Below are positions 52,655 through 62,127 of a stretch of 64,000 nucleotides of DNA, piece after piece (the first letter of the stretch is position 1; every line of letters starts with the position of its first letter). The position numbers and the translations under genes are program-made. The stretch is from an uncultured delta proteobacterium. Its GTDB lineage: Bacteria; Desulfobacterota; Binatia; UBA9968. The stretch spans positions 1,385,185 to 1,449,184 of the forward strand of contig CAVUZH010000003.1 of NCBI GenBank assembly GCA_963745835.1, given 5' to 3'. A model generated the notes under the pieces. That model saw only the letters and a program-made list of their open reading frames with translations, was not told where the DNA came from and did no database searches.

Positions 52655-53055
52655 AACTCCTCCTAAATTCTGAGATCGTGATTCAAACCTGACAGCGCCA
52701 AAGCTAGGTTGCTATAACAAACCAATACAAAGTATCCATAAAAAACCGCAGAAACTGAAAACGACCGGCGCACGATTGAGTGTCGTGGCGATCACCTTGA
52801 GTTTGAAGTTTAGAGTTGTTTGCCCGGAAAACTATCAAAGCAGAAAGACTGTTGCGGTGTTTGCCGATGGACATTCATCTCTGTTCCGGTAGCCCCTAGA
52901 GTCGACAAGTACTTTAGTAGAATTGTTACAACAGTGTATGGAAAAATTCCGCTGCGACATTTGACTTTCCCCCACCAAATACGTCCCAAGAAACTGTGAT
53001 CATGTCGGCAGAAAATTAGCGGCGCGAATATTTCGTGCCAGGGGATTACCGGGAG

Positions 53056-53864
53056 AAATGGGGTCAGAGAGCGTTTTCAATCGGCGTCACCGTCCCTTTC
53101 CTAGGTCGACCCCGGGCTTTGCCCACTAAACGCCGTCCAATCATTGCTTCGACCTGTTTCTGAAACGTTTCTTTCCCGATCAAGCGACCGCGTTTAGTGG
53201 CCTGTCGGATTTCATCCCATTCTTTTTGATTGATTTGTGAGTCGATCCACTGTCGATATTCTTGTTGTCTCTCTTGTTCAGTCGTTCCTAAACCTGTGTA
53301 CCACGGATCCTCATCCAGTAAACGATCCGACATGCCCAATCCTCGGCGCTGGTAGCTACTCCAACGATAATCCTTCGGATGCTCTACTAACCCTGCTCTC
53401 ATAGGATTTAGCTCGATATACCGGCTGCACGCTATCAAGTATTCATCTCGACTTACCGCGGCACTTTTAAATCTTCCCTCCCACAATGTGCCCGATCGGT
53501 CGTAGGTCTCATTGATGTATCGAACATATCTTCGTCCCACACTTTGCATGAACCGACTCAGATCTCCGACCTCAGCCGGTTCCACCAAGAGATGGAAATG
53601 ATTGGTCATCAACACGTACGCGTATATCCTGCATCGGCATTTTATTTTGGCCTGGCGAAGACATTCCAAAAAGAACCGGTAATCATCGACGGCAAAGAAA
53701 GTAGCAGCGCGATTATTTCCGCGCTGAATAATGTGATGAGGATAAGCAGGAATTGTGATTCGCGGCGATCGTGCCATTCGCTATCTTGTGCCAGCAGTTA
53801 TCGTCAGGCAGCCTATCGCCGGATTAGTACATCCGTCAAGGAAAAAAGTTCTCTGACCCCATTT
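53056..53864. mobile_element. Y1/RAYT transposase element bounded by 15-bp inverted repeat
   Basis: AAATGGGGTCAGAGA (53056-53070) and TCTCTGACCCCATTT (53850-53864). Confidence 0.65.
53064..53777 (-). CDS. REP-associated tyrosine transposase (Y1_Tnp, HUH)
   Basis: HIIQRGNNR, YVLMTNHFHLL, LWEGRFKS, YIELNP.RAGLV, YRWSSY. Confidence 0.9.
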   Translation of the reverse strand: MARSPRITIPAYPHHIIQRGNNRAATFFAVDDYRFFLECLRQAKIKCRCRIYAYVLMTNHFHLLVEPAEVGDLSRFMQSVGRRYVRYINETYDRSGTLWEGRFKSAAVSRDEYLIACSRYIELNPMRAGLVEHPKDYRWSSYQRRGLGMSDRLLDEDPWYTGLGTTEQERQQEYRQWIDSQINQKEWDEIRQATKRGRLIGKETFQKQVEAMIGRRLVGKARGRPRKGTVTPIENAL

Positions 53865-53874
53865 TCTGTTTGCT

Positions 53875-54795
53875 TTACCTGTAGCCGGTGGCATCCGCTG
53901 GTTTGCCGGCATCCTGGACCTCAACAACATAGCGCCAAGCATCGGGCTGCGAACCGTCGAGATCGGTAAAGCCATAGACCTTGGCGAGCTGGCCACTCGA
54001 AAGCGATTGGCCGCTCCAACGCTCAACGTCCCGATCTGCAGCAAGGTGGGCGACCGCGCGGCCGACGTAACGCGGCGTTTCGGTGATGACGAAATGCGGT
54101 TGCTTGGCGATGGCATCACGCCAATTTGCCTCGCTGACACCGTAGTTGTCCAGCATCTGCTCGGAACGAAGCCAGCCGGGAGTCAGGGCAACTGCGGTGC
54201 AATGATACGGCCGAAGCTCTTTCGCCAGCGACGAGGCAATGCGCATGACAGAGGTCTTGGTGAGATCGTAGAAAAGCGACAACCGGTAATTCGCGTTGTT
54301 GTATTCGGCGGTGCCGTCGGTCATCTCGACCACCAGTCCGCCCGGATTCTTGATCAACAGAGGCAGCGCAAAGTGGCTGGTGATGATATGCGTATCGATA
54401 GCGAGCCGTAGCATGCGCAGGCCGTTTTTCAACGAGTGTTTCCACACCGGCACATTCCACTCGATCAAAAAGTCCGCTCCCCACACGTCGTTGACCAGAA
54501 TATCCAGGCGGCCTTGCTCACGCTCGATTCGCGCCACGAGCGCTTGCACTTGAGCCGGGTCCAAGTGATCGACTTGCACGGCGATGCCATGGCCCCCGGC
54601 GTGCTGCACCAGCTCGGCGGTCTCTTCAATAGTTTCGGTTCGGTTAAGCTCCGAAGCTTGCGTGCGCGTGCTTCGCCCGGTGCAGTACACGGTGGCTCCC
54701 GCTACGCCCAATTCGACAGCGATGCCGCGGCCGGCGCCGCGCGTTGCCCCTGCCACCAACGCCACTTTACCTTGGAGTACTTGACTCATCATCAA
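53875..54795 (-). CDS. SDR family oxidoreductase
   Basis: VAGATRGAGRG, LDILVND, YDLTK. Confidence 0.9.
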   Translation of the reverse strand: MMMSQVLQGKVALVAGATRGAGRGIAVELGVAGATVYCTGRSTRTQASELNRTETIEETAELVQHAGGHGIAVQVDHLDPAQVQALVARIEREQGRLDILVNDVWGADFLIEWNVPVWKHSLKNGLRMLRLAIDTHIITSHFALPLLIKNPGGLVVEMTDGTAEYNNANYRLSLFYDLTKTSVMRIASSLAKELRPYHCTAVALTPGWLRSEQMLDNYGVSEANWRDAIAKQPHFVITETPRYVGRAVAHLAADRDVERWSGQSLSSGQLAKVYGFTDLDGSQPDAWRYVVEVQDAGKPADATGYR

Positions 54796-54862
54796 CTCTC
54801 TTTGAATCGTTTACACCTAAAGTTTATCCAACATCTCCACCGGCAAGAGTCACACAATTCAA

Positions 54863-55267
54863 TCACCTTCTGTTTTCAATTGGTGTCTCGGTCGTGACTG
54901 TAAAGGCGCTGGCCCGCTCCGAGTCAATCGGTCGAATCTCGAAAAACAAGCCGCAGTTTAGACAAGGGTTTCCTGCGGCAATCTGAGCTGCTTCGTCGAG
55001 ACTGCCGGCGATGATAAACCAGTAGCCGCCGATTACCTCCTTGGCTTCGCCGAAAGGGCCGTCCGTCACAATATTTTTCCTCGAAACGGTTTTTCCCTCG
55101 CTCCCGAGTCGCTGTCCGGTTTTCATTTTGCCCTCATCGACGAGCCGAGCCAGCCAGACATAGAATAAGTCAATTGCCTTCTGTATCTCCTCCGGCGAGA
55201 GTTCCCTGTCCCATTGTCCGCGGGAAATGACCAGGTATTCAGATTGTGAAACTTTTTCATCCTTCAT
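54863..55267 (-). CDS. YciI/DGPF family protein
   Basis: TDGPFGEAKEVIGGYW motif. Confidence 0.85.
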   Translation of the reverse strand: MKDEKVSQSEYLVISRGQWDRELSPEEIQKAIDLFYVWLARLVDEGKMKTGQRLGSEGKTVSRKNIVTDGPFGEAKEVIGGYWFIIAGSLDEAAQIAAGNPCLNCGLFFEIRPIDSERASAFTVTTETPIENRR

Positions 55268-55437
55268 GGCGTCTCCTACAGTCGAGCACAGTGCGTGCGG
55301 CGAGCATGGATCTTACCGGCACGCAGGCAGTTAGTCATATATTTTGCTTCTCCTGTTACCTCAAACCATATTCCGCAGCCGCCACTTTGCAGCAATCACT
55401 GTCCTGCCGGCTGCCCGCGATTGCTTCTGAGGTGCGA

Positions 55438-56256
55438 CTATTCCGCCCAATCGACTTCGTAGAGCTCAACCGGGTCCGGGAAGCCTTTCAGGTTAACCTC
55501 ACCGTGACGTTTAAAACCAAACGACTTGCCTGCACAAAGTTCCGGAATTACCCGCGCCGCCAGGATCTGACCTGGTTCGGCACATGCGCAGATTCTCGCC
55601 GTGAGATTGACCGTTGAGCCGAACAGCGTGTCACCATCGGTCAACGGCTCGCCAGCCCCGAGACCGATCCGCACTTGAATTGTCACCGGTCCTGCGCCGC
55701 TGAGATTGTAGGTCTGGAAGCCTCGCTGAACCGTCACCGCGCAGGCGACGGCCTGGGACACGGATGCAAAGCACGTCAGAAAACCATCTCCAGCCCGGTC
55801 GACTTCGCGTCCCTCGTGAGCCAGCAAAGCCTGTCGAACGAGCTCATGGTGCTTCGCCAAAACACTCTGTGCCTTGGCATCTCCGAGCGAGTGCGTAATC
55901 TGAGTGGAATTTGCCATATCGGTAAACATGATGGCCCTAAAGCCCGCTTCTCGAATTGGTTCACCCGCTGCGCCTTCAGGATCTGTAACTCGACCAAGAA
56001 AGCTGGAGACCGTCGATGGATTCACTTCGATGATCACGTTCGGAATGAGCCCGTGAGCATCGCGATGTAGTGCGCGAACGGCCGCTGCGGTCGGCGCTTC
56101 GATCAGGCAAAAAGCCGTCCCTCTCTGCTCGTCATACCAATAAGTAAGCGTCTTGCACGCGTGCTGCGCTTGGACTCTCAGATCCTCCTGGTGGGCGGCG
56201 GCAACCGCTTCTGCAGTTGCGTCTCGAACGTCGTGGCGGTCCATAAAAATCGGCAT
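55438..56256 (-). CDS. DUF4242 + class III adenylate/guanylate cyclase
   Basis: MPIFMDRH...AFCLIEAP...H..AHG; IMFTDMANST, GDGFL, VRIGLGAG, FGSTVNLTARI, LKGF. Confidence 0.85.
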   Translation of the reverse strand: MPIFMDRHDVRDATAEAVAAAHQEDLRVQAQHACKTLTYWYDEQRGTAFCLIEAPTAAAVRALHRDAHGLIPNVIIEVNPSTVSSFLGRVTDPEGAAGEPIREAGFRAIMFTDMANSTQITHSLGDAKAQSVLAKHHELVRQALLAHEGREVDRAGDGFLTCFASVSQAVACAVTVQRGFQTYNLSGAGPVTIQVRIGLGAGEPLTDGDTLFGSTVNLTARICACAEPGQILAARVIPELCAGKSFGFKRHGEVNLKGFPDPVELYEVDWAE

Positions 56257-56474
56257 ACCAACCTCCTCAAGCTCCTCACTATACTGCTTCTAAACACTGT
56301 GGCTGCACGCCGGTCGCTGCACACGCGCATCTCACACGCAATGTGACGCTTAGCTGAGCAGCCAATCCTCCGCTAGTGCTTGCGGGTGCGGAAGAGGTCT
56401 CAAACCGTCCGTATGTATGAATTTTCAATGGCCGCAAACTCGTCACATCGTCGGTGGCTATTTCAACTGGACAT

Positions 56475-56543
56475 CCATAACCGCCGCTCCACGAACCTGA
56501 CCGCCCGCGCACTCTACCGCCGCGGGTCAGGAGCATGTTTGCG
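56475..56543 (-). other. Degenerate attC-like site
   Basis: Minus strand CGCAAAC...GTTATGG with CCTGACC/GGTCAGG stem, overlapping the GNAT stop. Confidence 0.4.
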
Positions 56544-57017
56544 TGGCATCCTCTTGATTAACGGAAAATCACCGACAATGCGGCCTACGAGCCTAGGAGC
56601 GCCATTAGAAACGTAGCCGTTCCGCTCGTAAAACTCCTTGGCGGGTATACTGCTCACCACGCGGATGTGATCAACTCCACAGGCGATCGCTTGAGTCTCT
56701 AACGCTTGGAGCATTCGCTTGCCAATACCCCGATGCAACACCTCGGGAATAACATAGTTGAGCATGATCTCGGCGCCGGAAATGCTGGCGAAACCCAAAA
56801 CTTGACCCTGAGCATTTACCGCCACGACGCAATAAGATCGGTCAGACTCGATCCACCGCCGGACGTTGGCCGGCGTTTTATTCTCAAGCCATTGAGCCAA
56901 AATCTCTTGATCATTCTCGTAGTACGGCGCGCATATTTCTTTGATCGAGCGCACCAATACCGCGCATGCTGCTTCGGCGTCTTTGGGAGTCGCCTTTCGG
57001 ATGATGATATCGTCCAT
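56514..57017 (-). CDS. GNAT family N-acetyltransferase
   Basis: IRKATPKD, YV.PE..HRGIGKRML, AKEFYERNGY. Confidence 0.85.
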   Translation of the reverse strand: MDDIIIRKATPKDAEAACAVLVRSIKEICAPYYENDQEILAQWLENKTPANVRRWIESDRSYCVVAVNAQGQVLGFASISGAEIMLNYVIPEVLHRGIGKRMLQALETQAIACGVDHIRVVSSIPAKEFYERNGYVSNGAPRLVGRIVGDFPLIKRMPRKHAPDPRR

Positions 57018-57067
57018 ATTAATTACGCTACCTCCGAGGGCAAGCTTCTCCTCGCTGAATTTACATT

Positions 57068-57622
57068 CTATTCAACGATATCCCGAATGACACGAGAAGG
57101 ATTGCCTGCCGCGAAAACACCGGCTGGGATATCGCGCGTCACTACACTGCCGGCGCCGATTACCGCGCGCGACCCGACATGAACACCAGCTAAGATCAGC
57201 GCGCCACCACCAACCCAAACGTCCGCTCCGATCTCTACTGGTTTTCCAGATTCGTGCTCTCTGCGTAAAGCGGCGTTGAACGGATGGATTGGCGTCAGGA
57301 TCTGTACGCCCGGACCGAACAGAGTGTAGTCTCCGATTCGTACTTCGCAAACGTCCAGCACTATGCAGTTGAAGTTAAAGAAGACCCGAGTTCCAAGATA
57401 GATGTTCGAGCCGTAGTCGCAATAGAATGGTGGCTGCATCCAGACGGTATCACCGCCGGCGCCAAACAAATCAGACAGCAGGCCTCGTCGGAGTTCCTGT
57501 TCCGACTCACGTGTCTGATTCAGGGTCTGGCACAGATCTCGGGCACGTTCTCGGGCCAGGACAAGATCCGCATCGAGCGGATTGTATAGCTCGCCTGCGA
57601 GCATCTTGTCACGTTCAGTCAT
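57068..57622 (-). CDS. maa: Maltose/galactoside O-acetyltransferase
   Basis: KMLAGELY, PPFYCDYGSNI, hexapeptide repeats, AAGNP. Confidence 0.88.
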   Translation of the reverse strand: MTERDKMLAGELYNPLDADLVLARERARDLCQTLNQTRESEQELRRGLLSDLFGAGGDTVWMQPPFYCDYGSNIYLGTRVFFNFNCIVLDVCEVRIGDYTLFGPGVQILTPIHPFNAALRREHESGKPVEIGADVWVGGGALILAGVHVGSRAVIGAGSVVTRDIPAGVFAAGNPSRVIRDIVE

Positions 57623-57836
57623 CCAGATCCGCCCGTCGTTGATGAGCAGAAACACTTCGCGATCGGCAGGAAGCTAGGTTTAGCCCTCTTATTCATAGCG
57701 CGCTATCGCTTTTCCGGTGGAATATCTGTGATGGGCTTGAAAACTTCGCAAGAGTTGTTGCATCAACGGGTCGGTGCTTGATAGCCGTACTCGCAGAATC
57801 CTTGCCCAGAAGGAGGAACCTGCCGGCTTCCCAGCA

Positions 57837-58337
57837 TCAAACGCTACCAGCATACGCCCGCTTTATTTTCTCGATGTCGATCTTTTTCATCTGGAGAATC
57901 GCCTGCATAACTCTTTGGGATTTTTCCGAATCGGGATCATTAATCATCTCGATCAAAACTTTTGGAACAATTTGCCAAGACACGCCGTGTTTGTCCTTGA
58001 GCCAGCCGCACATTTGCGCTTTTTCATCCCCGCCTTTAGAGAGTTCGCCCCAGTAATGATCGATTTCTGCCTGCGTCTCGCAATTGACTTGAAACGAAAT
58101 GGCTTCGTTGAATTTGAACATGGGGCCGCCATTGAGGGCAGTAAACGCCTGCCCGTCGAGTTCGAAGGCAACGGTCATTACCGTTCCCGCGGGTTTACGA
58201 TGATGCTCGTATCCCGCTTCTCCATAGCGGGCTACGTTAACGGTTTTCGAATTTGGGAAAATGCCGGTATAAAACGCAACTGCCTCTTCTGCTTGATCAT
58301 CAAACCACAAACATGGGGTAATCTTTTGAACTTCCAT
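57837..58337 (-). CDS. VOC/PhnB-like (3-demethylubiquinone-9 3-methyltransferase-like) protein
   Basis: QKITPCLWF, ALNGGP.FKFNEAIS, CGWLKDK.GVSWQI. Confidence 0.9.
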   Translation of the reverse strand: MEVQKITPCLWFDDQAEEAVAFYTGIFPNSKTVNVARYGEAGYEHHRKPAGTVMTVAFELDGQAFTALNGGPMFKFNEAISFQVNCETQAEIDHYWGELSKGGDEKAQMCGWLKDKHGVSWQIVPKVLIEMINDPDSEKSQRVMQAILQMKKIDIEKIKRAYAGSV

Positions 58338-58537
58338 GGTATCTCTCCTACTGATTTTCAATCACAGATGGAGTGGCGTCACAAGCACCTAATCGCCTGC
58401 ACAGCCGCATTGGACAAACGAGCCGACATCATTCCTGACCTTGAACGTGTCAGCTCAGTCGCAGTTGTCAGCACACTCAGCGTCAAGCATACTCAGGTGT
58501 TTCGTTGAAATCTTCATATGGTCCGATTCCCGGTTTG

Positions 58538-58628
58538 TCCTAACTGCGCCGCGCGCTTGCTACGTGATATTGGTTCTTTGCAAACCGTATGTGACAGACG
58601 AGCCGGCGAGATTCCGCGTTTATTATGC
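58538..58628 (-). other. Possible degenerate attC site
   Basis: Minus strand GCATAAT (contains stop of upstream gene)...GTTAGGA; weak inner pairing. Confidence 0.3.
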
Positions 58629-59036
58629 GCCATCGGTATGAGATACCGAGCTCATTGCGTACTGACAGAGTAGCCCAAATGGAATGACGACAAAGAAGGA
58701 TACCGCAGCCGCGCTCAATCCCATGACATATAACGAAACCGTATCGTGAAGATTTGCTAATCCGCCGTATAGAAAAGTCTTTAACCAGATTAATCCGACG
58801 GACAAGCTTAAATAGACGAGGCAGCCCAGATATGGAATTACCGTGGCTCGGAGCAAGTGCTCGCCAAAGCTGTCGGCGCTGCTGATGAACTTACGCGCCG
58901 CAAGAGCGACGATAATGCTCGCAACAATCAGAGACCCGAGGTTTTGAAAGACGTCAGCCAAAAGCCATTCCCTGGTAACGGACGGAACCAGTAAGACGAC
59001 AAACCACCGCATCCAAGCGCTGCCGCTGTAACGCAA
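58623..59036 (-). CDS. Hypothetical membrane protein
   Basis: Several hydrophobic segments; start uncertain. Confidence 0.55.
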   Translation of the reverse strand: MRYSGSAWMRWFVVLLVPSVTREWLLADVFQNLGSLIVASIIVALAARKFISSADSFGEHLLRATVIPYLGCLVYLSLSVGLIWLKTFLYGGLANLHDTVSLYVMGLSAAAVSFFVVIPFGLLCQYAMSSVSHTDGA

Positions 59037-59104
59037 TATTTCAGCATCGCTTTATGAGCATAAGCTCAGCCCGAATGATTAACCTGCTGTCCGAACATCA
59101 TACA

Positions 59105-59548
59105 TCAACTCTGTGGGCTGCATGCCATGAGAATGTGCGTCTCATTGTGCGCGATTTTTTGAAAGCCCAACCGTTGATAAAGCCGATACGCTCGCTCGTT
59201 CTTCAAAGCGACAGAAAGTAACACCTTCTTCCGCTGCTCGTGGACTCGAGCAATCGTATCCTGCAAAACGCGACTGCCAATCCCCTGGTTTTGGTGACTT
59301 GGCTGTATCTGGATCTCGCCAACCTCAACCGCATCAGGTTGATCAAACAACTGAATCATCCCCACGCGCACACCGTCAACTTCGATGGCGTAGATTGCAC
59401 CGCGCTCCCAGCATTCAACGCAATGTCGCCGGTGACGAGCTTCGTCCCAACCGCCAAACGTCGCCATAAATAGCTCTTGGTATACATCCCGCCGCAAGCG
59501 TTCTAGCCATACCTCGTCTTCAATGGATGCTGGAACTAGCTTGAACAA
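59105..59548 (-). CDS. GNAT family N-acetyltransferase (cassette)
   Basis: IQIQPSHQNQGIGS, VALKNERAYRLYQRLGF; starts 10 nt after attC. Confidence 0.85.
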   Translation of the reverse strand: MFKLVPASIEDEVWLERLRRDVYQELFMATFGGWDEARHRRHCVECWERGAIYAIEVDGVRVGMIQLFDQPDAVEVGEIQIQPSHQNQGIGSRVLQDTIARVHEQRKKVLLSVALKNERAYRLYQRLGFQKIAHNETHILMACSPQS

Positions 59549-59557
59549 CCAGCAGGC

Positions 59558-59618
59558 GCATAACGCCGGCCTTCACGCGCGTCCGTCTTCGCACGTCGCG
59601 TGCAAGGCATTGTTCGGC
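59558..59618 (-). other. Integron attC site (61 bp)
   Basis: Minus strand GCCGAAC-AAT-GCCTTGCACGCG...CGCGTGAAGGC-CGGC-GTTATGC; stem with extrahelical base. Confidence 0.85.
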
Positions 59619-59736
59619 TCCTGAATACACGAACCACACTGTCACGCGCAGGTCGGTGCATGGCCCTTCGGACAGGAAGCCAGGTGTGCTTCTGCGTCAT
59701 GGAAGGTAAGCTCTCGAGGACCATGGAGATGTCTTC

Positions 59737-60108
59737 TCAGGAGCCTACCTCTCTGCCGACGGTATAGGGATCTCCGATCAGCCAGCACCATGTTCCGTCT
59801 GGCTGACGGCGGGCGACTTCGATCGCATAGACTGTCATGGGCTGCGGCCCCGACACCTTCCAACTCGTGTGCATCAGGGCGATGTCGCCAGTCTGAATGA
59901 CCTGCCGAATGTCAAAGTCGAAGTGAGCCTTCATGGCCGCAAGTGGGGCCAACTCCTGTCTCAAGCCTTCCCTGCCGTTCGTGATTTCGGCGGACTGATT
60001 CAGAAAGACCGCTTCCGGGTCATAGACGCTCAGCACCGATTCGATATCGCCTTCGGCCATGTAGTGCTGGAATAGGCGACAGATATCTTCGGGACTGTTT
60101 GCTTTCAT
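59737..60108 (-). CDS. SnoaL-like/NTF2 (DUF4440) protein
   Basis: GDIESVLSVYDPEA, EVARRQPDGTW..LIGDP; SD GGAGGT. Confidence 0.85.
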   Translation of the reverse strand: MKANSPEDICRLFQHYMAEGDIESVLSVYDPEAVFLNQSAEITNGREGLRQELAPLAAMKAHFDFDIRQVIQTGDIALMHTSWKVSGPQPMTVYAIEVARRQPDGTWCWLIGDPYTVGREVGS

Positions 60109-60250
60109 TGTGACACCTCCATTTGTTTGGAAGGACGAGCGGCAATACAGGTACTCGACCCAATACAACTTTGGCTTACATGCAATTTTCTCGATGAGAG
60201 CGGATCATTCACATCGATGTGTGCGTTTAACACACGTTCACTTTGCTGCT

Positions 60251-60342
60251 GCCGAACGTTTACCGTGGACGGCGCCTCCACAATTGGGATCGAAAAAGTC
60301 GCCGAACGTGTTGTTGTCATCCGCTCAACGCTATTGTTGGAT
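60251..60342 (-). other. Integron attC site (92 bp)
   Basis: Minus strand ATCCAAC AATAGCGTTGAGCGG...CCGTCCACGGTAAAC GTTCGGC; includes upstream gene stop. Confidence 0.7.
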
Positions 60343-60849
60343 GATTCGTTTCGCGACGCAGCTGAGAACATCGTCGGCACAACGGCAAACGACGACCTTG
60401 TGCTCAAGGTCACGAATGAAATCCATGGCCTGCCTTAAGTTGTCGCCATCGTACTTGTGATTCCACTCAATCAGGCGATACAAGTCGAGAACGCTCTCCT
60501 TCTTGGTTGGCATGACCGCGAACTTTCGCTTAACGAATCGCTTCAGCATACGCCAGTCGCGCACAAAGACGTTGGGACGCAACACGAAAATAACATCCGT
60601 CCGCTCAAAGCTAGGTCTCAACCAGCGATAATAGACACCCTCAATGATCCATGTATTCTCAGCAGTGATGGACATGAGTTTCGCGTCGCGCTCGGTATCC
60701 GATGCGCGCACCCCATAGCTCTGTGCCGCGTTATCCCAAAACCAATCGTCAAGATCATACCTGGGGAAACCCAATAGATCAGATAGATGTCGTGCCGCAT
60801 AGGTCTTTCCGCTTCCAGGACCGCCAATGATGTGGATGCGCTGAAGCAT
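60331..60849 (-). CDS. P-loop kinase, FlaR/topology-modulation-like (cassette)
   Basis: RIHIIGGPGSGKT, DLDD.FW, WIIEGVY; ATG 9 nt after attC. Confidence 0.85.
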   Translation of the reverse strand: MLQRIHIIGGPGSGKTYAARHLSDLLGFPRYDLDDWFWDNAAQSYGVRASDTERDAKLMSITAENTWIIEGVYYRWLRPSFERTDVIFVLRPNVFVRDWRMLKRFVKRKFAVMPTKKESVLDLYRLIEWNHKYDGDNLRQAMDFIRDLEHKVVVCRCADDVLSCVAKRIIQQ

Positions 60850-60857
60850 ACTTTTGT

Positions 60858-60940
60858 ACCTAACGTTAAAGGTTGAGAGGTCGAAAGCAGCGAGCACAGC
60901 GAGTGGGTTTGAAGATCCGTTCCGAAGCCGTTTGTTAAAC
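60858..60940 (-). other. Integron attC site (83 bp)
   Basis: Minus strand GTTTAAC AAACGGCTTC...CAACCTTTAAC GTTAGGT. Confidence 0.75.
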
Positions 60941-61023
60941 GGTCTACTCTAGTTCTTCACTCGAATTTAACGATAAACCCTCATATTACGAATAGAGCGA
61001 TTCCGACGTAGGTATATCTCACA

Positions 61024-61227
61024 CTAAATCAATCCAGCGCAAACCGGAGTGCTTGCAATCCGTTGTTGCTGGTGAGCGATACAAAAAACGCCGACGATCG
61101 GAATCATCAGAACTGGAGCTGCTAGCGCAGCCATGAGGTGTGCCTTCCACGAACGTTCGTACAGAAGCACGAAGAGGACAGCGAATGAATATCCAGTGCA
61201 GTACTCGAAGATGAATACCGCGTACAA
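61024..61227 (-). CDS. Small membrane protein or fragment
   Basis: Two hydrophobic segments; 5' end appears broken. Confidence 0.35.
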   Translation of the reverse strand: MYAVFIFEYCTGYSFAVLFVLLYERSWKAHLMAALAAPVLMIPIVGVFCIAHQQQRIASTPVCAGLI

Positions 61228-61419
61228 TAATATACCGAGTCAAGGCTCTAACCAGGCGGGAGTCTTATCCCAAGCTTTACCAGGTTCAGACAGTGAGCGC
61301 CCGAAAGGGTGCGATGATTTGTAAGCGAGGACTTGATCTGACGATGGTCGGATCTTGGTTGTCAGACGTTGTTGATCTTCTACTCACGCGGCAATCATCT
61401 TTTCTTCAGCCAACAGCGA

Positions 61420-61887
61420 CTAACCTTCGGACCACTTGTATGCCGCCAAAACGTTCTCCGCTTCATCCTGCAGGATGCCCCGGATCACTTCGAGCTTGAT
61501 GTTCATTTGTTTACTCAGCTCTTCCACGGAATAGCTCCTCGGCGGCGACCCAGTGAGACGGGTGAGTGCCTGGGAGGGAGCGCCGATGACGAGCCGCTCT
61601 ATACGGGATGCGAACATCGCTCCGGCGCACATGGGGCACGGGTCACACGAAGCATAGAGCGTGCAGCCCTCTAAGGAAGGGCTTTTCAAGTGAGCCGTTG
61701 CCGCACGGATTGCCATGGTCTCAGCGTGGCTCGTTGGATCGCCGGAAGACTCCACGACGGAATACGCACGCGCGACGATTTCGTCTCCCCGAACGACAAC
61801 CGCTCCGAAAGGGCGCTCGCCTGCGCGAAGTCCTTTGTGGGACTCGTCAATGGCGAGAGCCATGAATTTTGCGTGGTCGGTGCTCAT
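61420..61887 (-). CDS. Nucleoside/nucleobase deaminase (TadA/guanine deaminase-like)
   Basis: PFGAVVV, HAE, PCPMC. Confidence 0.9.
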   Translation of the reverse strand: MSTDHAKFMALAIDESHKGLRAGERPFGAVVVRGDEIVARAYSVVESSGDPTSHAETMAIRAATAHLKSPSLEGCTLYASCDPCPMCAGAMFASRIERLVIGAPSQALTRLTGSPPRSYSVEELSKQMNIKLEVIRGILQDEAENVLAAYKWSEG

Positions 61888-61988
61888 AGCTATCCTCCCC
61901 AGAGATTCACATTACAACAGGCAACCGGGCCGGTCGCAGATTGATCTTGCACAAGGCGAAACGCAGGTGCACTTATCATCTTGATGTT

Positions 61989-62103
61989 GTCTAATGTTTA
62001 GCGTGAGCGGCTCGGCATTTGCGCGGGCGGCTCTCGAGAGGATCAAAGCCCCACCGGCCTGAGAGTAAATCCTCCATCCACCGACGCCATCAACGGTTTG
62101 GAC
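61989..62103 (-). other. Degenerate attC-like site
   Basis: Minus strand GTCCAAAC...GCCGCTCACGCTAAAC ATTAGAC (GTT core altered to ATT). Confidence 0.45.
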
Positions 62104-62127
62104 AGCGTTTGCATGACGGCTGTCACT

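Noticed and set aside
57774-58508. 244-aa plus-strand ORF
   Set aside because: Antisense to a well-supported VOC-family gene
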